Source of the DNA: Mobula hypostoma
Lineage: Eukaryota
Assembly: GCF_963921235.1 (NCBI RefSeq)
Contig: NC_086109.1
Location: forward strand, 33,606,001-33,670,000
Reading direction: 5' to 3'
Length of the DNA stretch: 64,000 nucleotides
Part shown: positions 37,763-51,900 of the stretch, piece after piece
Layout: every line of letters begins with the position of its first letter
Numbering within the stretch: the first letter of the stretch is position 1
Notes under the pieces: generated by a model
The model's input: the letters and a program-made list of their open reading frames with translations, nothing else
Told to the model about the DNA's origin: nothing
Database searches by the model: none
Program-made: the position numbers and the translations under genes

Positions 37763-40579
37763 AGTAAATTTGGAGTGTTGTGTGCACTTCTAGTCACCCA
37801 ACTACAGGAAAGATATCGATAAGCTTGAGAGAGTGCAAGAAAATTGACAAAGATATGGCCAGGACTTGAATTATAGGGAAAGATTGAATAGATTAAGATT
37901 ATATTCCCCAGATGGTAGGAGAAATATTAGTTATACAAAATAATGAGGGGTACGGACAGGGTAAGGACATGCAGGTTCTCTTCCCAGAAGTTGGATGGGA
38001 TTAGGACTAGGGGGTCATAGGTTCAGGGTGCAAAATGAAATATTTAAGGGGAACCTGAGGGGGAACGTCTCTACCTATCTAATGGCAACATCACTCTCTT
38101 CTGCCCCCAAGTGTTGAAGCAGCTGCCAGTAGGGGTGGACATGGTTTTAATTTCAACACTTAAGAGAAGTTTGGATAGGTAGATTCATGAGAGGGGCTTG
38201 GACGGCAATGATCCACATGCAGTTTAAGGGACAAGACACAGAGACCGATTGACACAGACTAATGGGCTGAGGGGCCAGGCGTTGTGACCCTCAACTCTTC
38301 CCGCCCCCCAATCCAGGCACCTGAACTTTCCTCCCAGGTGAAGCAGTGATTCAGTCATATATTTTTCCAATCTAGTCTATGCATTCAGTGATCACGCAGT
38401 GGTCTCCTCTATGCTGGAGAAACTGAATGCAGATTTGGTGAGCGCCTGGATTTAGTCAACGGGGAAGATGCTAATCTTCCCTGTTACTATCACTGGAGCA
38501 GCTGTTAATCTGCTGAAGCTGAATGTGGTGGGCATGCTATGTTTGTGCTGGGCTGTCGGGCGATGTTTGCTGCTCCAGCACATTCCAGCAAATTCGTGGG
38601 TGCATTGGCTTTTAACACAATTGACCCATTTCAATGTACGTGTGATAAATAAATCCAAATCAGAACTAACAGAGGGGAACAGTCAGGGAGTGTCCTACAG
38701 AACTCACACAGGAGACAGAGCAGGAAATCTTCTCCAAAGATGCAATTCCATGAATGGAGTTGGCAGTAACCAATGAATGAGATGCTAAGGATCTAGGGAC
38801 CTGTTGTGGTGAGAACAGCCCAGCCATGTAGCAGGTATGGGCCCTACAGTGGAGCTCCGAGATGAGTCCATGGAGGGAAGCGCTTTCAGCCCCGGGACCT
38901 GTTATTGTGAGAGCAGCCTAACCTTGTGGCAAGGCGTGGGCCCCACAGTGGAGCTCCGAGATGACAAACTGCAGACGAGCAGCTGCACTACTGGAAGAAT
39001 GCCAAATACACTGATTAAGACCATTAGATATATTCGGCATATTGATTCTGTTCCACCATTTCATCATGGCTGATCAATTTCCCTCTCAGTCCCGTTCTCT
39101 GCCTTCTCCACCTATCTCTTCATGTCCTGAATAATCAAGATTCTATCAAACTCTGCCTTAAATATACTAAATAACTTGGCCTCTACAGACATTTGTGGCA
39201 ACAAATCTCATAGATTCAGCACTCTGTCTAAAAGAAAAATTCTGCTCATCTCCATTCTAAAAGGACATCTCTCTATTGTGAGCCTCTGTCCTAGACTCCC
39301 TCACATCCTCTCCTCATGCACTCTGTCAAGGCCTTTCAACACTCAATAGGAATGTCGTTTTGAACCCCTGTGAGTAGAGGCACAGAGCCATGAAATGCTT
39401 CTCATGTGATAAGCCTTTCAATTCCGGAATAATTTTTCTGAACCTCCTTTTAATCCTCTCCAATGTCAGCACATCCTCTGTTAGATAAAGGGACCAAAAC
39501 TGCTCACAATACCTCAAATGAGGCCTCACCAGTGCCTTACAAAGCCTCAACATTACATCTTTGCTTTTATATTCTAGTCCTCTTGAAATGAATGCCAGCA
39601 TCACATTTGCCTTCCTCACCACTGACTTTAACCAAATTAACCTTTAGGGAATCCTGCATGAGGAATCCCAAGTCCCTTTGCACCTCAGATTTTTAAATTT
39701 TCTCTCCATTTAGAATAGTCTACGCTTTTATTTCTTCGAGGAAAGTGGGTGATCATACTCATCCCGACACTATTCCATCTGCCTCCTCTGTGCCCATTCT
39801 CCTAATTTGTGTCAGTCCTTCCTTAGCCTCTCTGCTTCCTCAAAACTGCTTGACCCTCCACCTACCTTCGCATTGTCTGCAATCTCGGCAACAAAGCCAT
39901 CAATGCCATGATCCACATTATTGACATACAAATTAAAAAGAATTGGTCCCAACACAACAAGTATCTCTGTTATCTTCACTGTATCCTTCATTATGACTTG
40001 GCTAGAAGTGACCACGTTATGCATCGGATAGATGGTGGGGTGGAAATACGTCTCTAGCAAAGGATATGTAAGGTGCTACTTCCCTCCGCTAGCCAGCAGG
40101 TCACCCATGAGCGAGGTGTAGCACATGCCAAACCACCTCAACCCCCGATCAGTGTCACGTGAAGCCAGGAGAGCAGGTGATGAACGGTTACGTACAGAAC
40201 GTAATGAGTGGAAACATGCATAATTCAAAACCACCAACACTGAGTTGGGGCTCACTTTAAGCGACTGTTCTGACGCGATGATGTAATTATGTAGTTTTTT
40301 CACCATGCTTTAAGTTCTGCGTTTAGACAACAGCCGTGGAATTGTTATGGTTTCTCTTAAACTTAAACCTCCCCTACCAAAACCCTACATTGGTGACCCC
40401 TGCTGTGTCTCTGCACAGCTTCATATATATTGAATGAAAGTACACACGCTGGAGGTGGCCTTCACTGACGTATTCACATTTCAGCAGGAATGAAAAAGAA
40501 CAATGTGCATCTGCAGACAACAGATCAATACGTAGTGCTAAGGGGGGTAAAAGAAATGAAGAAATAGATTCATACATTA

Positions 40580-41570
40580 CACTTCCTTCCCTTTTAGATT
40601 AATGCAACATAAAATGGTATATGTACAAAACATTCAATTTCCCTTTCGCAACCCATATTCCAAATAAACATGCTTTCTCAATAACAGTCGATCACTAACA
40701 TCACAGTTCTAAAGATTCAGCCTTCTGGGTGGTGCTCTGTTTCTTTCAGCATAGTGCCCCTGGACCTGTGGAGTGGCATCAGGTTTGGCAGGTGTCTTTT
40801 CTAAGACAATGTTCTCGGTTTCTGCCGTCACATTGCTGTCAGTGACATCATCACTGAGAGGCAAGTCCAGTGACTGTAATGTATCCGTCTTGTTGGATGT
40901 AGTCAACTCAGGTGTGTTCTTTAGTTGAACATCAAGTATCTGGTCCACGTGACGTCTCCATCTCCAACATCCGCTGTGTATATCAGTGGTCAAGTTCTTG
41001 CAGCTATCCTACCGGGTGTCCACCTGTCTTCTCAGTAATCATGCACTAGGACTTCCTATCCAATCTCGAAGCTCCTTGCTGCTTTGCATGGCAACTGGCT
41101 AAACTGTTTATTCTGCACTTCCCTCAGTAGATCTGGTTTCAGGAGGTCTATATGAGATCCAGATCCCTGCTCACCAACAGCATTGCAGGTGTGTGATTTG
41201 TTGTCACATCAACAGAGTTCCAATACACAAAAAGGAAGTTGTCCACTTTGTGCTGTAGGGATATGTCCTTCTTGTCCATTGCTTTAATGGACTTCTTGAT
41301 GGTTTGGATAAACTTTTCAGATAACCCATTTGTTGTTGGGTGGTGAGGAGCTGACTTGAAATGTCTGATGCCATCTTTCCTCATGGACAGTCGAAATTTT
41401 TCTGGCATGTATCGCGGTCCGATGTCACTTGTAATTTGCTCTGGTAAGCCATTTCTGGCAAAGATAGTCCTCAGAGTGGAGACAGTCTTTGCTGAGGTGG
41501 TTGACTTCATTGGTATAACCTCCAGCCACTTTGAATGAGCATCCACAGCAATCAGAAACATGGAGTCCAA
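40580..41570 (-). mobile_element. Gypsy integrase fragment (different family from A and B)
   Basis: FLIAVDAHSKWLEV...FARNGLPEQITSD.GP and HHPTTNGLSEKF. Terminal RNRAPPRRLNL, then a PPT at ~40581-40598. Confidence 0.85.
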
Positions 41571-43081
41571 GAGCCTCAGCCCTAAATGTCACCGTTTATT
41601 CTTTTCCATAGATGCTGCCTGGCTGCTGAGCTCCTCCAGCATTTTATGTGTGTTGCTTGGAGGCATGTCATACCAAACAGTTACACTGGTGGATTCCCAG
41701 TCCTGAGTAAACTCAGCATTGAATACAGCTGGAGCTAATTGGTCATTGTTAATTGCCCCTAGTTTGTAGGAAAGTAGTAGAAACTCCCATCCCCCTGCCA
41801 AATTAGTCAAAATTCTCCCTGACAGCTCTATTAAACCTGCCTTTGGGTTCAGGTGTAACCCATCCTTTTTATACAGGTCATACCTCCCCCAGAAGAGGCC
41901 CATAAACTTAGTGTGTGTGGGTGATTGTGGTGTGCATAGACTTAATAGGCTGAAAGGCTAGTGTCAGTACTGTATGACTTCATGATCTTACTAACAATAG
42001 TGGTGGCTTGTGATTAAAAGTATTATAGCTTGCTGTGGAAAAACTCTCTTCCATATATGTATGCTATCCTTTTAGAATAGGGCTTTGTGGTTATTCAGCT
42101 GGACAAATGTCCTAAAAATTAGTTCTATAGATGCAAGATATTTCTTGAATCAACTCTCCTTCTCCCCTCCCCTATCAGATAAATGTTCTATAATGCACTT
42201 ATTTAATGTTTTGCAAATCATCTTAACTTCTTTTCTTCATGCCAGTTGAGCAGTCTTTGTTTCACTGCTGTAATCCACTTTTAGAAAATCCTCAAACAAT
42301 TTGAACCCTCCTTCCCTTCCCCACCCCACCTTTCTATCCTGGTATCATGCCCCTTCCTTCTCAGTCTTGAAGAAACGTAGAATATTTTTCCCCTCTGTAG
42401 ATGCTGCCTGGCCTGCTGAGTTCCTCCAGCACTTTGTGTGTGTTACTTTGGATTTCCAGCATCTCATGTTTATAATTATTTTTAAAACTAAAAATGTTCT
42501 AAACCTAGAAGTACAGGCAGCATTGGGTAGAGACTAGATCAGTTAATATATTCTGGTGTTTCAACAAGCTTGAAACTCTACCTCTGATTTCTGGAATCTC
42601 TGAAGATTTGCTTTTATACCTTTTTGTTATTTTTATCTCAATCTGCACCATAGACCAATGTGTGCTCTTACCATGCTGGCACTTGCCGCTCGGTTTTGCA
42701 TATTTCACATTCTAAAAACTCAATAGTTGTGCTGGATTTTTGGAGACTCTCTGTCATTTAATTTCTTCAAAACTGCTCTGATGTGAATTAGTTTCCAAAT
42801 TCTTGGAATTGCTATGCCATAGCAATATGGAATTTATTGCAGAGTTTAAATCAAATAATTTGCAGCTTTTAATGGAACATATTTCACAGAAGCAGAAACA
42901 GATACGGCTGTCAGACTGGAGCCTGTGGTCTTGATCACACAGGATTCATTGATACCGCTTTAAAAATAAACAGACTAGGCATCACCACATTCAAGGAATG
43001 AACATCTTTATGCCAATAATTACAGTGTGAAAAGCAACACATAGAAATTGGGGCTATCCTTGTCCCACGTTGTCTTCATAT

Positions 43082-43603
43082 ACACTGAGTAGCTATTTTA
43101 TCAGGTACCTCCTATACCTAATAAAGTGGCCACTGAGTGTACGTACATGGTTGTCTGCTGCTGTAGACCATCCACTTCAAGGTTCAACATGCTCAGCATT
43201 CAGAGATAGTCTTCTGCACACCATTGCTGTAAAACATGTTTATTTGAGTTACTGCCTCTTTCCTGTCAGTGTGAACAAGTCTGGCCATTCTTCTTGGACC
43301 TTTCTCAGAACTGCCGCTCACTGGGTACTTTTTTTTGGTTTGTTTTTGCACCATTCTCTGAAAACTCTAGAGACTGTTGTGCATGAAGATCCCAGGGGAC
43401 TGGCAATTCCAGGAGATACTCAAACCACACCGTCTGACACCAACAAACATTCCAAGGGCAGGGCCACATTTCTTTCCCATTCGGATGCTTGGTCTGAACA
43501 ACAACTGTACCTCGTGACCATATCTGCATGCTTTATATACATGATCGGCTGACTATATAATTGTATTAATGAGTTGTACCTAATAAAGTGACCGATAAAG
43601 TGT
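43082..43603. mobile_element. Tc1-type MITE
   Basis: TA|CACTGAGTAGCTATTTTATCAGGTAC at the left end and GTACCTAATAAAGTGACC...GTG|TA at the right end. An extra internal terminus lies near 43115-43141. Confidence 0.7.
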
Positions 43604-43749
43604 ATTTCTAGTCAGTACAGGAGGAATTTTAGAAAGAGCCTGCAGCTGGCATTTTACATCTATTTTGGAGTATGTTTAAGAATTAGAGTTGTGAGATACT
43701 TGAAAGTACATCAGACCATCAAAATTGTAATAATTTGATATGAATGTAA

Positions 43750-44340
43750 AGAAACATACACAAAATGCTGGAGGAAGTCAGCTGGCCAGACAGCATCTGT
43801 GGAAAAAGGTAAACAGTTGATGTTTCAGGCCGAGACCCTTCTTCAGGAAAGGAAGGAAGACAAGTTAGAGTAAGAATCTGGGGAGAGCAGAGGAAGAAGT
43901 ACGAGGTGGTAGGTGATAGATTAGACAGGGGGCGAGGGGTGAAGTAAAGAGCTGGGAAGTTGATTGGTGAAAGAGATAAAGGGCTGGAGGAGAGAGAATT
44001 TGATTGGAAAGGATAGAATATTTTGGAAGATAGGGAAGGGGGAGGAGCACCAGAGGGAGGTGATGGGCAGGTAAGGAGATAAGAGGAGAGATGGAAACAG
44101 GAATGGGGAACGGTGAAGGAGAGGGGGTGTGTGCAGTTACCAGAGGTTTGAGACATCAATGCTCATGCCATCAGGTTGGAGTCTACCCAAACGGAAAAAG
44201 TGGGATTAGTCCTCCAACCTGTGTGGGTCTCATTGTTACAGTAGAGGAGGCCGTGGATTGATACGTCAGAATGGGAATGGGAATTAGAAATGAAATGGGT
44301 GGCCACTGGGCGATCTCACTTTTTGTGGCAGATGGAGATA
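43750..44340 (-). mobile_element. Older Penelope-like 3' fragment with degenerate hammerhead (43815-43848)
   Basis: CCTGAAGAAGGGTCTCGGCCTGAAACATCAACTG on the minus strand. Similar to the PLE C-terminus. Confidence 0.75.
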
Positions 44341-44677
44341 AATGTTACGTGCAAAGAATCTTCTTTGGTTCCAATATTAGTTGACTCTGCCGGTTCCTTC
44401 ATTTTCTCTCCAGTCAACTAAACAATGAATAGATATTAGAAAGCAAATGTCAGGTTGCCTCTCATATTTTACAGGTGGATTGTCATTCATCTAAGGCAAC
44501 TGTGAAAGAAGTGGAAAGGAGAACACACAGGAAGAATTAAGCAACAAAAATAAATTCGGGAACCAAAAACACATGGAATCCATTTTCCAATGTATGCCCA
44601 TTCCTGTTACTACTCAAGCAAAAACAGTTTGCAAAGTTAATTAACTGGGAAATGTTATCAATCTTAATTAATACTGT

Positions 44678-44964
44678 TGTGTTGGCGCATGGCCAAGTGG
44701 TTAAGGCATTCATCTAGTGATTTGAAGGTTGCAAGGTCGAGTCTTGGCTGAGGCAGCGTGTGTGTCCTTGAGCAAGGCACTTAACCATACATTGCTCTGC
44801 GATGACACCGGTGCCAAGCTGTATGGGTCCTAATGCCCTTCCCTTGGACAACATCGGTGGCGTGGAGAAGGGAGACTTGCAGCATGGGCAACTGCTGGTC
44901 TTCCATACAACCTTGCCCAGGCCTGCACCCTAGAAACCTTCCAAGGTGCAAATCCATGGTCTAT
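44678..44964 (+). mobile_element. tRNA-derived SINE with 14-bp TSD
   Basis: A box TGGCCAAGTGG, B-box-like GGTCGAGTC, core GTGTCCTTGAGCAAGGCACTT. TSD TTAATTAATACTGT at 44664-44677 and 44965-44978. Confidence 0.88.
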
Positions 44965-46370
44965 TTAATTAATACTGTAGCTGCAGTTTTCTGCCTCTCA
45001 TTCGAGCGTACATGTACTTCAAACAAAGATGTAAATCCGAATCTGAACATTATTTAATCATTTATTTAACTAGCTTAGACAGGAAGGATGTGGTCACAGG
45101 ACTTGAGAACATGTTTACAATTGATTGGGTTAACAAATTAAACACAATATATTATTTTAAATCATGAATACCTCTACATAAAAGTTACACAGTCAGATTT
45201 CCTTTCAATTGCCTATTTTCTTGGTGCACAAAAATGTGATGCAAACTCTTTGTGTCTTATAACTCATATCAACATTAGAATGAGACAAGATTGTCAGACA
45301 CACAAAAACACTCACATATGCAAACTCAATTACTCAATTCTAATGTAGATCCAGTTCTATTTGTTTTGCCAAGTTATTTAGGTGGCTGCATCAGCAGGGG
45401 ACCTAATGAAGTAGTTACTCAAATGGGCAACTTGACTAGTGAACTTGCAAAAACAAAATGAGTAACAGTATTACAGTCCAATAAGTTTCCATAAGGCCTG
45501 GGATGTATCCCTTGTTCCATAGCTTGGATACATTTTCTGCCTCTATTCGGAACACTGGCAGGAAAAGAAAAAAGGTTGTGGGAATCAGATTCAAGATCAA
45601 GTTTAATATCACTGACATATGTCATGAATTTTGTTGTGGACAAGTATCCAGTTTTTGAATAGCTTATTCCAAGCCTGTCAGCATGTCGGGCAGTCCTACT
45701 ACCCTGGCCCGTAGTTCTCCTGCCGTCCAAGGTTGATATACACCCCTTGGTTTCCTATCTGTAATTCTTCTATCTATCACCTCTAATAATTTTTAAACAT
45801 ATACCATGCTGGAATCCTCTTATTTGCGATTGGGAAGGAATCCCGCTGTCTTATTATTACCGATTTCTAGTCTCTCTTCCTCATTCTACTTATCGTATTT
45901 TCTCTTTATTTTGTTCACTCTCGCATCCTATAGGGATTAAATTTCTGAGTTCCGTTTCCACAGATCCCACCCTTACTTACCGGTGCATCCCTGACACTCT
46001 TAGCATTCAGATTTAATATGAACAAGATGGGCAACCCCAGCCTTTATCAATACTCTTCAGAGATTGTCTGACTGGCGTCGGTGGTCGCATAACCAGGACT
46101 TGTGATCTGCACCAGCTGCTCATACACTGCTCCCTTAGCTTCACGTGACCTTGATCGAGTGGGCTAAGCAGGTGTTACGTTTTGCCCAAGGGTGATCTGC
46201 AGGCCATTGGAATGAAGTAGTGCTTACACATCATTTCATAAAGACGTATCTCCACTCCACCACCCATCTGCTGCATAAAATGGTAATTTCTAGCCGAGTC
46301 ATAATAAAGCATAAACACAGTGCAAAAAGTGAACTCATTTTTTGGCGATCATTCCTCCACTGGAGTTTTA

Positions 46371-48525
46371 ATAGAAACATAGAAACATAGAAAATAGGTG
46401 CAGGAGTAGGCCATTCGGCCCTTCGAGCCTGCACCGCCATTTATTATGATCATGGCTGATCATCCAACTCAGAACCCCGCCCCAGCCTTCCCTCCATACC
46501 CCCTGGCCCCCGTAGCCACAAGGGCCATATCTAACTCCCTCTTAAATATAGCCAATGAACTGGCCTCAACTGTTTCCTGTGGCAGAGAATTCCACAGATT
46601 CACCACTCTCTGTGTGAAGAAGTTTTTCCTAATCTCGGTCCTAAAAGGCTTCCCCTCTATCCTCAAACTGTGACCCCTCATTCTGGACTTCCCCGACATC
46701 GGGAACAATCTTCCTGCATCTAGTCTGTCCAATCCCTTTAGGATCTTATACGTTTCAATCGGATCCCCCCTCAATCTTCTAAATTCCAACGAGTATAAGC
46801 CCAGTTCATCCAGTCTTCCTTCATATGAAAGTCCTGCCATCCCAGGAATCAATCTGGTGAACCTTCTTTGTACTCCCTCTATGGCAAAGATGTCTTTCCT
46901 CAGATTAGGGGACCAAAACTGCACACAATACTCCAGGTGCGGTCTCACCAAGGCCTTGTACAACTGCAGTAGTACAGCCCTGCTCCTGTACTCGAATCCT
47001 CTTGCTATAAATGCCAGCATACCATTCGCCTTTTTCACCGCCTGCTGTACCTGCATGCCCACTTTCAATGACTGGTGTATAATGACACCCAGGTCTCATT
47101 GCATCTCCCCTTTTCCTAATCGGCCACCATTCAGAAAATAATCTGTTTTCCTATTTTTGCCACCAAAGTGGATAACTTCACATTTATCCACATTAAATTG
47201 CATCTGCCATGAATTTGCCCACTCACCCAACCTATCCAAGTCACCCTGCATCCTCCTCACTGCTAACACTGCCACCCAGCTTCGTGTCATCCGCAAACTT
47301 GGAGATGCTGCATTTAATTCCCTCATCCAAGTCATTAATATATATTGTAAACAACTGGGGTCCCAGCACTGAGCCTTGTGGTACCCCACTAGTCACCGCC
47401 TGCCATTCTGAAAAGGTCCCGTTTATTCCCACTCTTTGCTTCCTGTCTGCTAACCAATTCTCCACCCACACCAATACCTTACCCCCAATACCGTGTGCTT
47501 TAAGTTTGCACACTAATCTCCTGTGTGGGACCTTGTCAAAAGCCTTTTGAAAATCCAAATATACCACATCCACTGGTTCTCCCCTATCCACTCTACTAGT
47601 TACATCCTCAAAAAATTCTATGAGATTCGTCAGACATGATTTTCCTTTCACAAATCCATGCTGACTTTGTCCGATCATTTCACCGCTTTCCAAATGTGCT
47701 GTTATCACATCCTTGATAACTGACTCCAGCAGTTTCCCCACCACCGACGTTAGGCTAACCGGTCTATAATTCCCCGGTTTCTCTCTCCCTCCTTTTTTAA
47801 AAAGTGGGGTTACATTAGCCACCCTCCAATCCTCAGGAACTAGTCCAGAATCTAACGAGTTTTGAAAAATTATCACTAATGCATCCACTATTTCTTGGGC
47901 TACTTCCTTAAACACTCTAGGATGCAGACCATCTGGCCCTGGGGATTTATCTGCCTTCAATCCCTTCAATTTACCTAACACCATTTCCCTACTAACATGT
48001 ATTTCGCTCAGTTCCTCCATCTCACTGGACCCTCTGTCCCCTACTATTTCTGGAAGATTATTTATGTCCTCCTTAGTGAAGACAGAACCAAAGTAATTAT
48101 TCAATTGGTCTGCCATGTCCTTGCTCCCCATAATCAATTCACCTGTTTCTGTCTGCAGGGGACCTACATTTGTCTTTACCAGTCTTTTCCTTTTTACATA
48201 TCTATAAAAGCTTTTACAGTCCGTTTTTATGTTCCCTGCCAGTTTTCTCTCATAATCTTTTTTCCCCTTCCTAATTAAGCCCTTTGTCCTCCTCTGCTGA
48301 ACTCTGAATTTCTCCCAGTCCTCAGGTGAGCCACTTTCTCTGGCTAATTTGTATGCTTCTTCTTTGGAATTGATACTATCCCTAATTTCTCTTGTCAGCC
48401 ACGGGTGCACTACCTTCCTTGATTTATTCTTTTGCCAAACTGGGATGAACTATTGTTGTAGTTCATCCATGCAACCTTTAAATGCTTGCCATTGCATATC
48501 CACCGTCAATCCTTTAAGTGTCCTT
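46371..48525 (-). mobile_element. Young 5'-truncated CR1 LINE, RT nearly intact
   Basis: 389-aa ORF with [37 protein letters not shown] and KFADDTK. A frameshift near 47250. (TTCTATGT)n tail. Confidence 0.96.
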
Positions 48526-48956
48526 TAATGAGAGCAGGTTGTCACAAAAATCCTGCACCTAAACATGCAATCTCAGTGGGACCTCCAAGTTTTGTTGAGT
48601 ACATTTTTGCTCCAATTTACAACAAGCAGTAATTAACTCAGTGGATCAATCATAAGCACATTTATCTTACTTGCAGCAAGGGAAGGCTAGCACCGCACAA
48701 GAGTTGATGATAACTTCGAGAAAAACAACATAGTTACTCCTCAGTACATAAGTTTAAGGACAGGGTGCATTCTGTTTGCCTGCATAATCAGTGTATTTGG
48801 CATGCTTCCAGTAATGCATCTGCTGGTCTGCAATATGCCAAGGATGCAGGTTCCATTGGCAAAATGTTGCACAGATCCTGATGGGAGTTATATACAGAAC
48901 TCCGAACCATAGCAAAGATATGGTCTACAAATTACAATTGGAAATAGAAAATGCAT

Positions 48957-51900
48957 ATTAGGTTCCGGTGACGTCATCGTCCAGAATGGCAGCTTAAATC
49001 AACAGCTCCTCCGGAAAAACGCATATTTTGCCCCGTTAATCCATCAAATATAAGATCTTTCCAAAATATCTGAATTGATAAGGGGGGCAAGAATAGGGAA
49101 AAAGAATGGAGATAAAAAAAGCATCACTGCGGAGCCTATGGAAGAGAGAGATACAGCATGCAGCTCTCCTACATGTGCGCACGGCGAGGCTAACGCTAGG
49201 CCTCGTACAGGCGAAGCGGCAAATATGATGAGGATTCTGGAAGAGATAAGGGAAGTCCAAAAAGATATAAAGCAGCAACTCAGTGATATAAAGTCAGAGC
49301 TCGCCAACGTCAATCAGAAAATCGCAGTGGCAGAGACTTGAATTGAGAAGGTGGAAGATCAAGTTCAAAACATGGAACAGATACTAAATAAGACAATAAA
49401 AATACTAAATCAACAGGAAAATAAATTGCTTGACCAGGAGGGAAGATCACGACGGAAAATATCAGGATGTATAATGTTCCCGAAGGAGCAGAGGGGTTGT
49501 CAATGATGGAGATTGCAGAAAAGTTGCTGCGGGAAGCGCTGGAGATTCCCCCGACTATAGAGATTGAAACTGAGAGGGCACATTGTGCACTCGTCCCAAG
49601 GCTTTCCGGAGACAGAGAAAGTAAGACGTGCTCAATAGTACTTAAATTCCTTCCATTCAAGAGCAAGGCGGAGATCCTACGAAGGGCCTGGTGTAAGAAG
49701 AGGATGTTTTGGAACGGGAAGTTAATATATTTCGATCATGATTACCCCCCCCCGCCCCCCGGTGGTCGTACAGAACAGAAGGAATATTCCGAAGTGAAAC
49801 GAATATTAAAGCAAGAAAAGATTAAATTCCAAACCTCGTACCCTGCTAAACAGAGTATTTTACGAAGGAGAGATACAGCTACATCAGACAGTGGAAGAGG
49901 CGACTACAGACATTAGCGTGGTCAAACCAAGGGAAAGTCTGGCTGAGCAGTTATCCCGATCTGCTTGGGAAATAGTAAGAGAACCGAGAAAGCAGGGGAC
50001 GGGAGGAGGACAAGAGAAGGATATTAGAAAGAGACTGCGAGTTCTCCAAAGACAGCCCTCACCTCCTCCAGAAGAGCCATGAGGTTTGGCTAACTTTAAA
50101 AGTGCTGATAAGCTAAATGGAAGCAAAAATAGACAGTGATATACCTATCTCAAGAAATATGTATTATAATGTGGATTTTATATTACTCATTTTTGTTTAT
50201 TCATTCATTCACTCCTTTTTCCCCACCTAAATGAGAATATATATATGGGAGGAATACACAGGGAAATCATTTCTGTGTAATGGACATAGATTTTTTTTTA
50301 CTTACTTTTATAGGTACTGCAGCGGGGACCCTCAACCCACAGGTAGGAAGGGCTATCCCCCACGGCTAGACGTTTCCTCTAGCTCAACCCAGGGTCATCT
50401 AGAGACCCCAGCCTTGGAATCACACCTTTGTTACCTTTTTTTATTATTCACGTTTCTTGGTTCTTATTTGTTCAGTGAGTAGATCAATTATATTCTGCAA
50501 ATTTCAGTGATATACTAACAGATAAATACACATGGCTAAGGATAAAGTAAAATTCATTTCTTTTAATGTCAATGAGCTGTTAAAACCAATCAAACGAAGT
50601 AAAATTCTATCAAAAATGAAAAGAGAACAAGCCCATGTAGTATATTTACAGGAAACTCACTTAAGTGATAATGAGCGTAGAAAATTAAAGAGAATGGGCT
50701 TCACCAATTTGATTTTCTCCTCATATAAATCTGGATGTAGAACAGGAGTTGCTATTCTCATCTCAAGCTAATTTTTGAAAAAGTGTTCAAAATGGGAGAT
50801 AAGGAGGGCAGATATATTCTGGTAAGGGGGAATATAGACGGAAATCCAGTTACTTTATTGAATATATACGCACCCCCAAGAAGTGATATTAGTTTCTTCC
50901 AGAAAATTACTAATATTATGGTAAACAGAAACAGAAGCTCTCTTGATATGTGGGAGAGATTTAAATTTACAATTACAAACAAAGTTGGACTCTTCCAATA
51001 GAAAAACTTATGAAACAAAGTCCTTAACATGAGAAAGTTAACACTCTTTTTGAGGATGTCGGTTTAATTGATATATAAAGGGATCTTTTCCCCCAGAAGG
51101 GATTACACTCATTATTCTGCCCCCCCAGTCCGTATATACAAGAATAGACTATTTCATAATGTTTGGAAAAGATAAAGACAAAATAAACACCTGTGGAATT
51201 GGTACAATAGATGTAAGTGACCATGCACCTATATATTTATCTGTTGATTTTGACCTACAACCAAAGAATACTACTTGGAAGCTAAATTCAAGTCTACTCA
51301 ATGATTCCTATTTTAAGGAACAAATTAAAAAAGAAATTGGTCTTTACTTAGAATTCAGTGATAATGGAGAGGTTTCACCTCCCATTCTATGGGATACTAT
51401 GAAGGCTGTATTAAGAGGGAAAATTATAGCGATATCTTCATATAAGAAAAAAAATAAGGGATAAAATGTTAAAGGAATTGCAAAATAAGCTGAAGGAACA
51501 AGAAAAAAATATAAATTGGGTTGGGCACAGGATACATTAGAGGAAATTTTAAAAATTAGGAATGAAATTAATAGTTTAGCTACACAAGAAATTAGAAAAA
51601 ATTAATGTTTCTGAAACAGAGACACTATGAAAGTGGATCTAAATCTAAATACTGGCGTGGAAAACGAAGAAAAAAGATAGCAGAAAATACAATTCATAGA
51701 ATTAGGGATCCAAGAACAAAAGTGATAAAAAATAAGCTAAGTGAAATTCAAGAAGCTTTTGAAATGTTTTACAAAACTCTATATTCCAAAGCTTCAGGGG
51801 GAAGCATAGCCCAGATTGACACCTTCCTGAATTCTTTAGAGTTACCCACTTTAAGCAAAGAACAAAATAGAACGATGACTGCTGACATAACTGAAGCTGA

